DNA of 64,000 nucleotides, taken from the IMG/VR virus record IMGVR_UViG_3300028914_000059, positions 116,071 through 180,070 of that record; one strand, 5' to 3'. Of the stretch, positions 1 to 8,191 are shown piece after piece. The notes under the pieces were generated by a model, which saw only the letters and a program-made list of their open reading frames with translations, did no database searches and had not been told where the DNA came from. Source of the stretch: a virus (taxonomy: Duplodnaviria; Caudoviricetes). Position 1 is the stretch's first letter. Every line of letters starts with the position of its first letter. The translations under genes were made by a program, and so were the position numbers.

Positions 1-9
1 GCAATATGA

Positions 10-105
10 GGACGACAGACCGAGTTGGAGAACGGGGAGGCTATTTAAGCCTCTGCTCATTTGGTAGATGAGCTATAGTGTGGTTCGAATCCACACTGTC
101 GTCCT
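10..105 (+). tRNA. atypical tRNA-like RNA with long variable arm and non-canonical anticodon loop
   Basis: GGACGACA/TGTCGTCC acceptor, GAGGC-TATTTAA-GCCTC arm, GCTCATTT/AGATGAGC variable arm, GTGTGG-TTCGAAT-CCACAC T arm; resembles 2303-2396. Confidence 0.7.
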
Positions 106-391
106 TGACGGGTACAGCGGTACAGCCTAGGCCCTACACTAATGGATAAGAGTGCGCACTCTTGAGTGTATTATGGCCGGACGTAGAGTGGTTATCCTTC
201 CCAATGAAAACGTCCCCTTGAGATTTTCGACGGTTTGCTGGATGTGCCGGCCAGCATCATTTCCAACGCGGAACCCTGATCAGATTGCGTAAGTACGAAA
301 TGCGTTCACACAGAAAGAACACCGTTGGCTGGGTGTATGAGGTAGCGGTTGGCGCTACGTCTCGTGCCCAGCCTTCCTGCCCTGCAGGGAT

Positions 392-448
392 TAGACCTCC
401 ACGCGGGAGCTTAAGCCTTGTAAGCACCGTACCATGTGGAGGCCGCTA
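392..448 (+). ncRNA. repeated structured RNA element, copy 1
   Basis: CCTCCAC-GCGG...CCGT-ACCAT-GTGGAGG hairpin, repeated at 1863-1916 with a compensatory apical stem. Confidence 0.55.
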
Positions 449-449
449 T

Positions 450-534
450 GGGGCGGTAGTTGTAATGGTAGAACGTGCAGATAGATAATTCCGCGGTTGT
501 CTGCAAGGTCGTGGTTCGATTCCACGTCGCCCAT
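450..534 (+). tRNA. tRNA-like RNA with 20-nt expanded anticodon loop
   Basis: GGGCGG/TCGCCC acceptor, D arm, TGCAG/CTGCA stem enclosing 481-500, CGTGG-TTCGATT-CCACG T arm. Confidence 0.7.
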
Positions 535-555
535 TTTCTGAAAAGGAGAATTACT

Positions 556-1185
556 ATGCCTAAACTTTGTGCAAAAATTGGCGGAGAAACATATAAGTTT
601 GGTTTTAACGGGGGGGTACTTCAAGAAAAAACTTTAAACCAAACTGTAAATGATGAAGCCACTGCTTACTTTATAGAGGCTTATAAGGTAACTAGTCATA
701 ATCCATGGCAAGCCATGAGTTATACTATAGCAAAAGATTTAAAGTATAATTGTCCTTGTAAATGTTACTTTAATGACTCAATGCTTATATGGACAGCTGG
801 ATGGAACAGAGACTTCTTTATTAGTGATAAAAATGTAAGCAATACGGTGAGCGAATATAGAGTCTATATAAAAATACCGAAGTTTATTGAAAACTGGGGG
901 AGGCCTGATGCTGACACCTCTTTTATGCTTAGTGAAATATACTCCAGATGTGACAGGAATATAATATGTTCAACAGATGGTGATCCCATGCATGAGTTAG
1001 ATATAGGTGATGATCATATAGCTAGAAGCTTACTGACAGACTGGACTAATTATATATTTGATGGTGACAGGGATTATTACATAGCATTTGTGATAGAGTT
1101 AGATACTACTCACTCCAACATTCACCTGTTTGTACCATCTTTTAAAGCGACATTTTACAGATATACAGGAAACTATATAGCATAA
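556..1185 (+). CDS. hypothetical protein, tandem paralog A
   Basis: AGGAG RBS before ATG 556; highly similar to 1211-1816. Confidence 0.85.
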   Translation: MPKLCAKIGGETYKFGFNGGVLQEKTLNQTVNDEATAYFIEAYKVTSHNPWQAMSYTIAKDLKYNCPCKCYFNDSMLIWTAGWNRDFFISDKNVSNTVSEYRVYIKIPKFIENWGRPDADTSFMLSEIYSRCDRNIICSTDGDPMHELDIGDDHIARSLLTDWTNYIFDGDRDYYIAFVIELDTTHSNIHLFVPSFKATFYRYTGNYIA

Positions 1186-1210
1186 TCTATATAAAGGTAG
1201 GAGAATTACT

Positions 1211-1816
1211 GTGCCTAAACTTTGTGCAAAAATTGGTGGAGAAACATATAAGCTTGATTTTAACAGTGGGGTACTTCAGGAAAAAACTTTAAACCCAACT
1301 GTAAATGATGAAGCCACTGCTTACTTTATAAGGGCTTGGGGGGCGACTACTGGTCGGACTGTAGCAGAAGATTTAAAGTATAATTGTCCTTGTAAATGTT
1401 ACTTTAATGACTCAATGCTTATATGGACAGCTGGATGGAACCAAAACTTCTTTATTAGTAATAAAAAGGTAAGCGATACGGCGCTAAAATATGAAGTTTG
1501 GATAAAAATACCTAAGTTTATTGAAAACTGGGGGAAACCTGATGATAGCACCTCTTTCATGTTTAGTGGAATATATTCCAGATATAATAGGAATATAATA
1601 TGTTCAACAGATGGTGACCCTTTGCATGAGCTAGACATGGGTGATGACCATATAGAGAGAAGCTTAATGATAGACTGGACTAATTTTTTTGATGGAGACC
1701 ATGATTATTACATACTATTCAGAGTAGAGTTAGATGGCACTCACTCCAACATTTACCTGTTTGTGCCATCTTTTAAAGTGACCTTTTATAGATATACAGG
1801 AACCTATCTAGCATAA
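1211..1816 (+). CDS. hypothetical protein, tandem paralog B
   Basis: same RBS context (AGGAGAATTACT) and shared MPKLCAKIGGETYK N-terminus. Confidence 0.85.
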   Translation: MPKLCAKIGGETYKLDFNSGVLQEKTLNPTVNDEATAYFIRAWGATTGRTVAEDLKYNCPCKCYFNDSMLIWTAGWNQNFFISNKKVSDTALKYEVWIKIPKFIENWGKPDDSTSFMFSGIYSRYNRNIICSTDGDPLHELDMGDDHIERSLMIDWTNFFDGDHDYYILFRVELDGTHSNIYLFVPSFKVTFYRYTGTYLA

Positions 1817-1862
1817 TCTATATAAAGGTAGGAGTTCAGCCTTGGAAATAAAGACTGCCAAT

Positions 1863-1916
1863 CAGACCTCCACGCGGGAATCCAGCCTTGGGATCCGTAC
1901 CATGTGGAGGCCGCTA
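1863..1916 (+). ncRNA. repeated structured RNA element, copy 2
   Basis: same outer stems and AGCCTTG loop as 392-448. Confidence 0.55.
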
Positions 1917-2082
1917 AATTAAAAGTGCCAAACGGGAAAGGCACTCTAAACATGGACACATCAACCATGGACCCGGTACCGGGTCCCAATGAAGCACCGC
2001 CAGAAATGGCTACGGCACTGGTTACAAAGCCGTAGTACCTGCCTCTCGAGCGCATGAGACAGGAACAAACTGAAGTAGAGGT

Positions 2083-2196
2083 AGGCTGGTAGCCCAGCTG
2101 GTTAAGGCACCCGGAGGAAAGTTAGCGGGGGATTATATTCCGTCACGCATTAGCTTTCTGCAAGGGAGATCAGGGGTTCGAGTCCCTTCCAGGCGA
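2083..2196 (+). tRNA. tRNA-like RNA with ~50-nt hairpin replacing the anticodon loop
   Basis: TAGCCCAGCTGGTTAAGGCA D arm, AGGGG-TTCGAGT-CCCTT T arm, imperfect acceptor stem. Confidence 0.6.
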
Positions 2197-2228
2197 CAAG
2201 ACCGAAAGGTCCCCTCTACTTCTCTTTA

Positions 2229-2301
2229 GCCCCAATCGTCTAATATAATAGGATAACCGGCTTCTAGCCGGAGATGCGGTGAGAGTCCGCAAGGGGCGCC
2301 A
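2229..2301 (+). tRNA. tRNA-Arg(TCT) with atypical T loop
   Basis: CCGG-CTTCTAG-CCGG arm, GCCCC/GGGGC acceptor, encoded CCA; T loop is TGAGAGT. Confidence 0.65.
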
Positions 2302-2302
2302 A

Positions 2303-2396
2303 GACGATTTATCCGAATTGGAAATAGGGGGAGGCTGTGAGCCTCCGGATATATGTTAATGTATATCCTGTGGTGGTTCGATTCCACCAGTCGTCA
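2303..2396 (+). tRNA. tRNA with GTG (His) anticodon on a long-variable-arm body
   Basis: GACGATT/AGTCGTC acceptor, GGAGG-CTGTGAG-CCTCC arm, long variable hairpin, canonical T arm, A discriminator. Confidence 0.75.
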
Positions 2397-2400
2397 ATCT

Positions 2401-2471
2401 GGGTCGGTAACCAAGCGGTTAGGTGCTGCTCTGCAAAAGCAGCTAGATCAGTTCGACTCTGATCCGGCCCT
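2401..2471 (+). tRNA. tRNA-Cys(GCA)
   Basis: cloverleaf; CTGCT-CTGCAAA-AGCAG arm; U discriminator. Confidence 0.9.
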
Positions 2472-2528
2472 CTCATTTATTCATGAGATAAAATTTCTTT
2501 TCGTTGGCCAGCGCTGGCCAACATTTTT

Positions 2529-2690
2529 GACTGCCTCGTCTAACGGATAAGACACAGGATGGGTTACGTAAAGGGTCATTTCTATCTCCTTAGTTTGATC
2601 TCAGAGTCTCATTCCTTCCTTTCATTAACGGTGTTTTTAGTCAAGTCAAGTTGCTCCGCCTGAATGCCGGTTCGAATCCGGCGGCAGTCT
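2529..2690 (+). tRNA. tRNA-like RNA with ~100 nt in place of the anticodon loop
   Basis: perfect GACTGCC/GGCAGTC acceptor, GTCT/AGAC D stem, CAGG/CCTG stem, GCCGG-TTCGAAT-CCGGC T arm. Confidence 0.75.
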
Positions 2691-2825
2691 CTGGAGCCCG
2701 TATGAAATATGATGGGTTACCAATAAGGCATGCTTCCGCCTGTAATGGGGCAGAGTATGTTTTAATTCGATGTCCTCCTTTTAAAAATTGTCATCGAGCA
2801 TGCTGGGAAACTGGTATGCTCTTAC

Positions 2826-2909
2826 GCCCGGTTGGCGAAACTGGCAGACGCATATGATTCAGGTTCATATGTCCGCAAGGACGTGCGGGTTCGACCCCCG
2901 TGCCGGGTA
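2826..2909 (+). tRNA. tRNA-Leu(CAG)
   Basis: TATGA-TTCAGGT-TCATA arm, long variable arm, A discriminator. Confidence 0.9.
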
Positions 2910-3026
2910 CTGTTGTTTGTAGTAATCATTAAAAAACTCTATGCCTTGGTGCAGCTGTAATATTTTATTGCCGCTGCACTTTTTTTATCTGTACATTTAC
3001 GCTATAATATTAAAGAGGAGAGCACT

Positions 3027-3305
3027 ATGAGCAGAAGTTATAAGAAGACATCATACAGTGGTGATACTAATGATAAGGCTTATAAGAAGGTTTCTAATAA
3101 AAGGATTCGCAGTTACCCGGAAATTCCGGATGGCTCGTTCTTTAAGAAGATAATGTGCTCCTGGTTCATTAAAGACTACTGCTCATATATGACTGAGAAG
3201 GAGTTTATGGAGGATTGGTATGATCCTGAGTCGTACATGAGGAAGTTGTGGCCAACCTATGAAGAAGCCCACCAGAACTATATGAAATATTACAGGAGAA
3301 AATGA
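3027..3305 (+). CDS. basic hypothetical phage protein
   Basis: GAGGAG RBS; MSRSYKK N-terminus. Confidence 0.8.
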   Translation: MSRSYKKTSYSGDTNDKAYKKVSNKRIRSYPEIPDGSFFKKIMCSWFIKDYCSYMTEKEFMEDWYDPESYMRKLWPTYEEAHQNYMKYYRRK

Positions 3306-3308
3306 CCG

Positions 3309-3662
3309 TTGAAAGACATTATAATTGATGATGTTCCAAATGCTGTAACCGTGGCTATAAATACCCTGGCTGATTATTGCAGAAGTATTCAGGGTGATAA
3401 GTATAATCCGTTCAAATGTAGAAAATGTCCTCTGTACGGCAGGAACACAGATAAGAGAGCAACAGCAGTAAGTGGTGACTATGAGGATTGCTTCTTCAGC
3501 ATGTATCATAACAGTGTTCGAAGATGGGATAATATACTAAGAGGCAAGCATCCTGACAGTGGGCATTCAGCATTCGAAGTGATGACATCATCCATGTCTC
3601 CCGACGATAAGGTTCCTGAAGACAGAGGCAGCTTTCAGATTAAAGATAAACCCTTAGAATAG
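3309..3662 (+). CDS. hypothetical protein with Cys motif
   Basis: follows previous ORF; CxxCP motif. Confidence 0.7.
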   Translation: MKDIIIDDVPNAVTVAINTLADYCRSIQGDKYNPFKCRKCPLYGRNTDKRATAVSGDYEDCFFSMYHNSVRRWDNILRGKHPDSGHSAFEVMTSSMSPDDKVPEDRGSFQIKDKPLE

Positions 3663-3694
3663 GTATAAGTAATCTGGAAGGAAGGTGACGTTAA

Positions 3695-3814
3695 ATGGCA
3701 GAAGAAATAATTCTTTTGACAGTTAACGGGATCCTGGAAGACTTGCTTGTCCAGGGTTCCATGGTTGTTTATGCCTTAGCGTTAAGCTATGGCGTAATCA
3801 ACTATAATAAATAA
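3695..3814 (+). CDS. small hydrophobic protein (39 aa, not in ORF track)
   Basis: GGTATAAG at 3662, AAGGTGA RBS, terminator immediately after. Confidence 0.55.
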   Translation: MAEEIILLTVNGILEDLLVQGSMVVYALALSYGVINYNK

Positions 3815-3850
3815 AAAATCCGGCTCTAAATGGGCCGGATTTTTTTACCT
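3813..3850 (+). terminator. intrinsic terminator
   Basis: ATCCGGCTC/GGGCCGGAT hairpin followed by T-run and ACCT. Confidence 0.8.
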
Positions 3851-3868
3851 GTCAGTTCTGTAGAATTA

Positions 3869-3876
3869 GGTATAAG
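3869..3876 (+). promoter_or_regulatory. GGTATAAG putative phage promoter (representative copy)
   Basis: exact copies at ORF boundaries at 3662, 3869, 11724, 12043, 12411, 12718, 13802, 15715, 16219, 16784, 18640, 22969, 29921, 35382, 35526, 39428, 39880, 46860. Confidence 0.8.
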
Positions 3877-3932
3877 ATCTATAGTTATTCCAGGACTAGT
3901 TTCCTGGAAATTTAAGACTAAGGAGATTTTAT

Positions 3933-4253
3933 ATGAATGAAAAAGAAGTGATGTCTAAAAAATTATTACCCGCCAGACCAGAGATGGAATTCATCTCCTA
4001 CACTGGCAGATATCCGACTTTGTGTTCTGGAGCACTCACTATACGTGTTGGTGATGAATATTACCACCTTGATCATATTCTCAGATCCGGTGGCAGTATT
4101 CATGATCCTGTTACTGGTGACTATGATGCTGTAGAAGGTGACTGGTATATTGATGAAGATGACCTGCCGGAAGAACTCAGACCTTATGTAGATGACATTG
4201 TCAGATTGGTGAACGATAATGTTGAGCATGGCTGCTGTGGAGGTTGCATATGA
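3933..4253 (+). CDS. hypothetical protein (C-terminal GCCGGC)
   Basis: AAGGAG RBS; first gene of operon. Confidence 0.8.
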   Translation: MNEKEVMSKKLLPARPEMEFISYTGRYPTLCSGALTIRVGDEYYHLDHILRSGGSIHDPVTGDYDAVEGDWYIDEDDLPEELRPYVDDIVRLVNDNVEHGCCGGCI

Positions 4254-4519
4254 TAGAACCTGATTGGGAATATAATCATCTTTATGATAGAGGTATTCTC
4301 CATCTTGACAAAGATGAGCTGGAGCTGTTAGCCAATCAGATCATTCCAGTAGGTTTTGAGCATCATCATCCTCAGGAGCTTTGCCCGGTATTTTCAGCCA
4401 TTGTAAAGATGGCTGTAGAAGCAGGTGTCATGGATGAAGATGACGATCTGGTCAAGGAATTTCTGGATGATATGGAAAATTATGAAAATACAGAGCCACC
4501 GCAGGAGGATTTAAAATGA
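4250..4519 (+). CDS. acidic hypothetical protein
   Basis: ATGA overlap with previous gene, GGAGG RBS. Confidence 0.75.
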   Translation: MIEPDWEYNHLYDRGILHLDKDELELLANQIIPVGFEHHHPQELCPVFSAIVKMAVEAGVMDEDDDLVKEFLDDMENYENTEPPQEDLK

Positions 4520-4746
4520 CCGAAAAGGATATAGAAGCATATCTGATTAATAATGAGAAGATAGGTGTCATATTTGGATTAATGCCAGCTCCAGTTAGAA
4601 AGTGGCTGAAAGATAAATATGATAATAAGGATTTTTCAGAAAACATATTAGTCTACAGATATTCTGACTGGACTGTATGGAATGAAGATCCCTTCTCAGA
4701 CGATGAAGCTGTTGCTATGATAAGGAGCAAATTCAATGACAAATGA
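4516..4746 (+). CDS. paralog family 'E-I..L..N...G...MP..V..W', member 1
   Basis: N-terminal similarity to 5518, 6027 and 7462. Confidence 0.8.
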   Translation: MTEKDIEAYLINNEKIGVIFGLMPAPVRKWLKDKYDNKDFSENILVYRYSDWTVWNEDPFSDDEAVAMIRSKFNDK

Positions 4747-4875
4747 GGCTTTTGAAGTGTTAAGAGAAATGTACTCTACTTGTGCAACTTACCCTGAGAA
4801 GTATTCTGGAGACTTCTACGAGTTTTACAAGGACTTCATAAATGAAACTTCCAGGAGAATCAAGGAGAAGTCAAA

Positions 4876-5169
4876 ATGAAAGGTAAAGATCTGATAAAAT
4901 GGATCAAGGACAACCATGCCGAAGACCTGGAACTCTACATGGGAATCGACTGGAAATATCATGAACTCAACCCCGCCATAGAAAGAGCCGGGTATGGAAA
5001 GCAAGATTATCCAAAGCTTTGTGTGTTATCGAATAAGGCTTTGGAAGATGGTTTTGGCGATGAAGCCAAGGCAAATCTATATGACGAAAGTAATATAGAT
5101 GAATGTATACGGGAAGGAACCCTGGAAAAGGTTCTGGACGTATGGGTTAATCTTATGTCTGTTCAGTAG
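4876..5169 (+). CDS. hypothetical protein
   Basis: AAGGAG RBS. Confidence 0.75.
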   Translation: MKGKDLIKWIKDNHAEDLELYMGIDWKYHELNPAIERAGYGKQDYPKLCVLSNKALEDGFGDEAKANLYDESNIDECIREGTLEKVLDVWVNLMSVQ

Positions 5170-5178
5170 GAGGACTAA

Positions 5179-5505
5179 ATGGCTGGATTAGATGCTGAAA
5201 AAGAAGAATTTGACCTGATGACTTTATTTGATCACTGCGTGCTGTTTACTACCAATAGGATCGACAGGAAAACAGTCCCCAACAATATGTTCATGTATGA
5301 GACTAGGGACGGTTCTCAGGATGGCCATATCCATGAATTAGCCTACAGGATAATCGCGGATTTCTTTGGAACCGTTATCAGTAAGGAGCCCTTATTACCT
5401 ACGGATGATCTGGACTCCTACAGCTACGTGAGTTTCGATGCTTATGGTTTTGAGCCTTGTGGCTCAATAACTTTGCAGCAGTATGCAGATTCTAATTTGC
5501 ATTAA
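5179..5505 (+). CDS. LPD28-like domain protein
   Basis: LFTxxRIDRxTVPxxxxxYExR pattern recalled for LPD28. Confidence 0.6.
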   Translation: MAGLDAEKEEFDLMTLFDHCVLFTTNRIDRKTVPNNMFMYETRDGSQDGHIHELAYRIIADFFGTVISKEPLLPTDDLDSYSYVSFDAYGFEPCGSITLQQYADSNLH

Positions 5506-5517
5506 GGAGGGAAACAA

Positions 5518-6024
5518 ATGAGTGAAAAGGAAATAGTACAGTGGCTTATGGATAACCAGACAAGAGGCGCAGCTTTTGCCTTTTGTCCTAAAGAGGTGCA
5601 GGACTGGATTCAGAATAACTATAAGAAGTATCCCATTCTCAATCTCAGTTTGAACAAGGTACCTTTGGATGATTCGGTAACCGATTGGCAGATTCCTGCA
5701 CTTCCATTACAGTTCAGACTTCCGGCCCATAAGTCCTGGGTAGAGTTTGAGATAGATGGAGATGGCGTGTTTATCATAAATCCTGCAGAATTCGGTGGAT
5801 ATGGAGCTACAAAAGCATTCATGTGGTGGGAGTATCTGGAAGTACTTAAACACATGGAATACGGCCTTACCAATTTTGGTGGATGGCAGTATGAAGATAG
5901 TAAACGATGGTATCTTTCTCCAGCGGTTAAATTACATAGTGATTTGTGGAACTCGTATGTAATTGAAGAAAGCGAAGACGCAACATCAGTTATACCGGTT
6001 AAGATACGATTCTGGAGGGAATAA
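5518..6024 (+). CDS. paralog family member 2
   Basis: shares WVE..ID.DG, GGW.Y and P.KIRFW with 6027-6596. Confidence 0.8.
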   Translation: MSEKEIVQWLMDNQTRGAAFAFCPKEVQDWIQNNYKKYPILNLSLNKVPLDDSVTDWQIPALPLQFRLPAHKSWVEFEIDGDGVFIINPAEFGGYGATKAFMWWEYLEVLKHMEYGLTNFGGWQYEDSKRWYLSPAVKLHSDLWNSYVIEESEDATSVIPVKIRFWRE

Positions 6025-6026
6025 TT

Positions 6027-6596
6027 ATGATGACGGAAGAAGAAATTGTCACCCAGCTGAAACGAAATTGGAACTGTGGAGTAGTATTGTCTTTCATGCC
6101 TCAGGAAATAAAAGACTGGGTGCGTGAGAACGCCGAGCACTGTTACTACTTTATGGGTCCTGGTGATTGGCGTAGCATGGAACATAGTGAACAGGTAGAT
6201 GAAGAGTATGTCCACGCACTTCCCCCAACATTCACTATGTCTATGTTGCAGAACAGACGTAGGTGGGAGCAGGAAGCATCTAATGATCACTGGGTAGAAT
6301 ATATCATTGATGAAGACGGCTTCTTTACTCTGGGAGATGCTGATTCAACACGCTACCACTGGTCGCAGTGGGAACGGGCTCTGGTCAATAATCTGGATAC
6401 ATTCCTGAGCTGGGGCGGTTGGTATTATATCGAAAGTGGTGATTACTGGTACATGCGTCCACAGCTGATAGATTATGATCCCAAGCATACAGACTCCCCA
6501 AGCACCACAGACTTGGGAACTGTAAATGATGGTGATGAAGATTATTATCCTGATTTGCCAGGTGTTCCTACAAAAATCAGATTCTGGAAGCGGTAA
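6027..6596 (+). CDS. paralog family member 3
   Basis: same motifs as 5518-6024. Confidence 0.8.
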   Translation: MMTEEEIVTQLKRNWNCGVVLSFMPQEIKDWVRENAEHCYYFMGPGDWRSMEHSEQVDEEYVHALPPTFTMSMLQNRRRWEQEASNDHWVEYIIDEDGFFTLGDADSTRYHWSQWERALVNNLDTFLSWGGWYYIESGDYWYMRPQLIDYDPKHTDSPSTTDLGTVNDGDEDYYPDLPGVPTKIRFWKR

Positions 6597-6622
6597 AAAT
6601 GACTGAATAGGAGGAAGTTATA

Positions 6623-7030
6623 ATGAAGATAGATGTAGAAATAAAAAATGCCACGATGGAAGAGGCTAAAAATATAAAATGTCTGGACATAAACTATATA
6701 CGGTTCTATGATCCTAAAGAGCAGGGCATAGATGCCGAGGTGTGTATAGAACCTATCTCAGCCTCTGTGAGTAAAGTAAACGGGCACCCATTTTCGAGGA
6801 AGTATTCCGTAGAAGAATGGGGTATCATACATAAGGATGGGGAAATAGAAGAAATGTATGAGGAAAATGATGAATACCTCATGGATATCGCCAACAAGTA
6901 TAAAAGAGTAGAGTTGGTTCTGGAAGATGATGTATCATATAATCCTGACATAGAAATTGTAGTAGACACTTTATGGTTCAGCTGGCCGGTTACGGAATGG
7001 GAAAACCATAGAAAACGATATTCCTGGTGA
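6623..7030 (+). CDS. hypothetical protein
   Basis: AGGAGG RBS. Confidence 0.8.
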   Translation: MKIDVEIKNATMEEAKNIKCLDINYIRFYDPKEQGIDAEVCIEPISASVSKVNGHPFSRKYSVEEWGIIHKDGEIEEMYEENDEYLMDIANKYKRVELVLEDDVSYNPDIEIVVDTLWFSWPVTEWENHRKRYSW

Positions 7031-7041
7031 GGAGAAATAAA

Positions 7042-7221
7042 ATGAAACGTGGAGATGCTATGAAACTTCACAATGAAGACGAAGTTATAGTTAAAAAAAC
7101 AGGACAGGTTCTTCGGGTCATAAAAGCTTGGGGGCTGAATCTGGATAAACACAGAAATCCCAGCGTAATAGCTTTACTCCTGGATGATGGAATCTGGTAT
7201 ACTCACAAGGAGGTAAAATGA
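7042..7221 (+). CDS. small hypothetical protein
   Basis: GAGGAG RBS, coupled to next gene. Confidence 0.7.
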   Translation: MKRGDAMKLHNEDEVIVKKTGQVLRVIKAWGLNLDKHRNPSVIALLLDDGIWYTHKEVK

Positions 7222-7469
7222 ACAAAACTTATAGAATATTGTTTTATGGTCTGGAAGGGTCTCAGAAATGTCCTGTTGCTTACCGATTGAACAGGAGTAT
7301 ACCGCTTCGAGACGCTAAAAAGATGTTAGGGATCGAAAAGTGGACTGGGGACGGTATCCGCCTGACCTATGATGGTGGAGCCCTTCTCTCAATTGGTAAG
7401 CATGGACTAAGTAACCGTCTGGTATTTGCTTATCACAGCTATCAGATGAAAGGTAGAAAGTATGGCTGA
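7218..7469 (+). CDS. hypothetical protein
   Basis: GGAGGT RBS, ATGA overlap. Confidence 0.75.
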   Translation: MNKTYRILFYGLEGSQKCPVAYRLNRSIPLRDAKKMLGIEKWTGDGIRLTYDGGALLSIGKHGLSNRLVFAYHSYQMKGRKYG

Positions 7470-7710
7470 ACAGGAAATTATTAAATTACTTAAAGAGAAT
7501 GTAGATAAGGGTGTGTGTCTGGGCTTCATGCCTGATGATGTAGTGCGCTGGTGCAATAAGAACAAGGAGAAATTATATTTCTTCTTTGATTATATGATGA
7601 CAGACGATGGAAGTATGGAGCACGAATGGATAGGGTATGCTGATGCTGCTTTCGTGATAGAGGATGACTTCGGTCATTTAAGCGAAAGAAATATTGTTGC
7701 TATATATTAA
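7462..7710 (+). CDS. paralog family member 4
   Basis: MAEQEIIKLLKENVDKGVCLGFMPDDVVRW matches the family pattern. Confidence 0.8.
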   Translation: MAEQEIIKLLKENVDKGVCLGFMPDDVVRWCNKNKEKLYFFFDYMMTDDGSMEHEWIGYADAAFVIEDDFGHLSERNIVAIY

Positions 7711-7722
7711 GGAGGTAAAAAA

Positions 7723-8055
7723 ATGACAGATGTAATGATAGAGCTACAGTTCGCTTTGGATAAGTTCGGTTATAAATGGGAAGATATCGAGTGGGCACAT
7801 TTAAACAATAAAGCCAATGAGAGGGATGCTATAATAAAGCCCAGTTATTCTAAAGATGATATGGATAAATTTAAAGAGGACATCATCAATATGGGTCAAT
7901 ATGACGATGGCTACGGTGGTCAGGAACTCTTCGGAGATGTCGTATTCAAAGACGGAACCTGGTTAAGTAGAGGGGAATACGATGGTTCCGAATGGTGGCA
8001 TTATAACATCAAGCCCACATATGAAGCTTATATAAAAGATTTGGGCAGGGATTAG
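7723..8055 (+). CDS. hypothetical phage protein
   Basis: AAGGAGGT RBS; YDDGYGGQEL...RGEYDGSEWW motif. Confidence 0.8.
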   Translation: MTDVMIELQFALDKFGYKWEDIEWAHLNNKANERDAIIKPSYSKDDMDKFKEDIINMGQYDDGYGGQELFGDVVFKDGTWLSRGEYDGSEWWHYNIKPTYEAYIKDLGRD

Positions 8056-8065
8056 GAGGATAAAT

Positions 8066-8191
8066 ATGAGCAGAGATGAAGATAAAAGCCTGCAGTCAAA
8101 TACAGACCCAGGCTTCACCCTGACTTTCCTCAGCGCCTTAGTTATAATGCTGGCAGTATCTCTCATAGTTATGTATCTGGTAGGTGCATGA
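8066..8191 (+). CDS. small membrane protein (41 aa, not in ORF track)
   Basis: AGGAGG RBS; C-terminal hydrophobic helix. Confidence 0.65.
   Translation: MSRDEDKSLQSNTDPGFTLTFLSALVIMLAVSLIVMYLVGA

Noticed and set aside
275-305. Hammerhead-like CTGATCA...CGAAA
   Set aside because: The core should be CUGAnGA; the 3-8 pair and flanking stems are not convincing
285-624. Track ORFs 285-488 and 391-624 (also 1804-2055, 2353-2550, 2651-2857, 16504-16746)
   Set aside because: They overlap tRNA or structured RNA and lack an RBS
556-1816. Diversity-generating retroelement TR/VR pair
   Set aside because: Differences are not adenine-restricted, include indels, and no reverse transcriptase is in the window
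1863-1920. HDV/theta ribozyme (ACC-TCCACGC-GG resembles P3/L3)
   Set aside because: No P1 or P2 partners found; CCTCCAC pairs perfectly with GTGGAGG instead
2229-2301. Amber (CTA) suppressor tRNA or recoded genome
   Set aside because: The loop register gives TCT; genes are intact in code 11 and TAG is used as a stop
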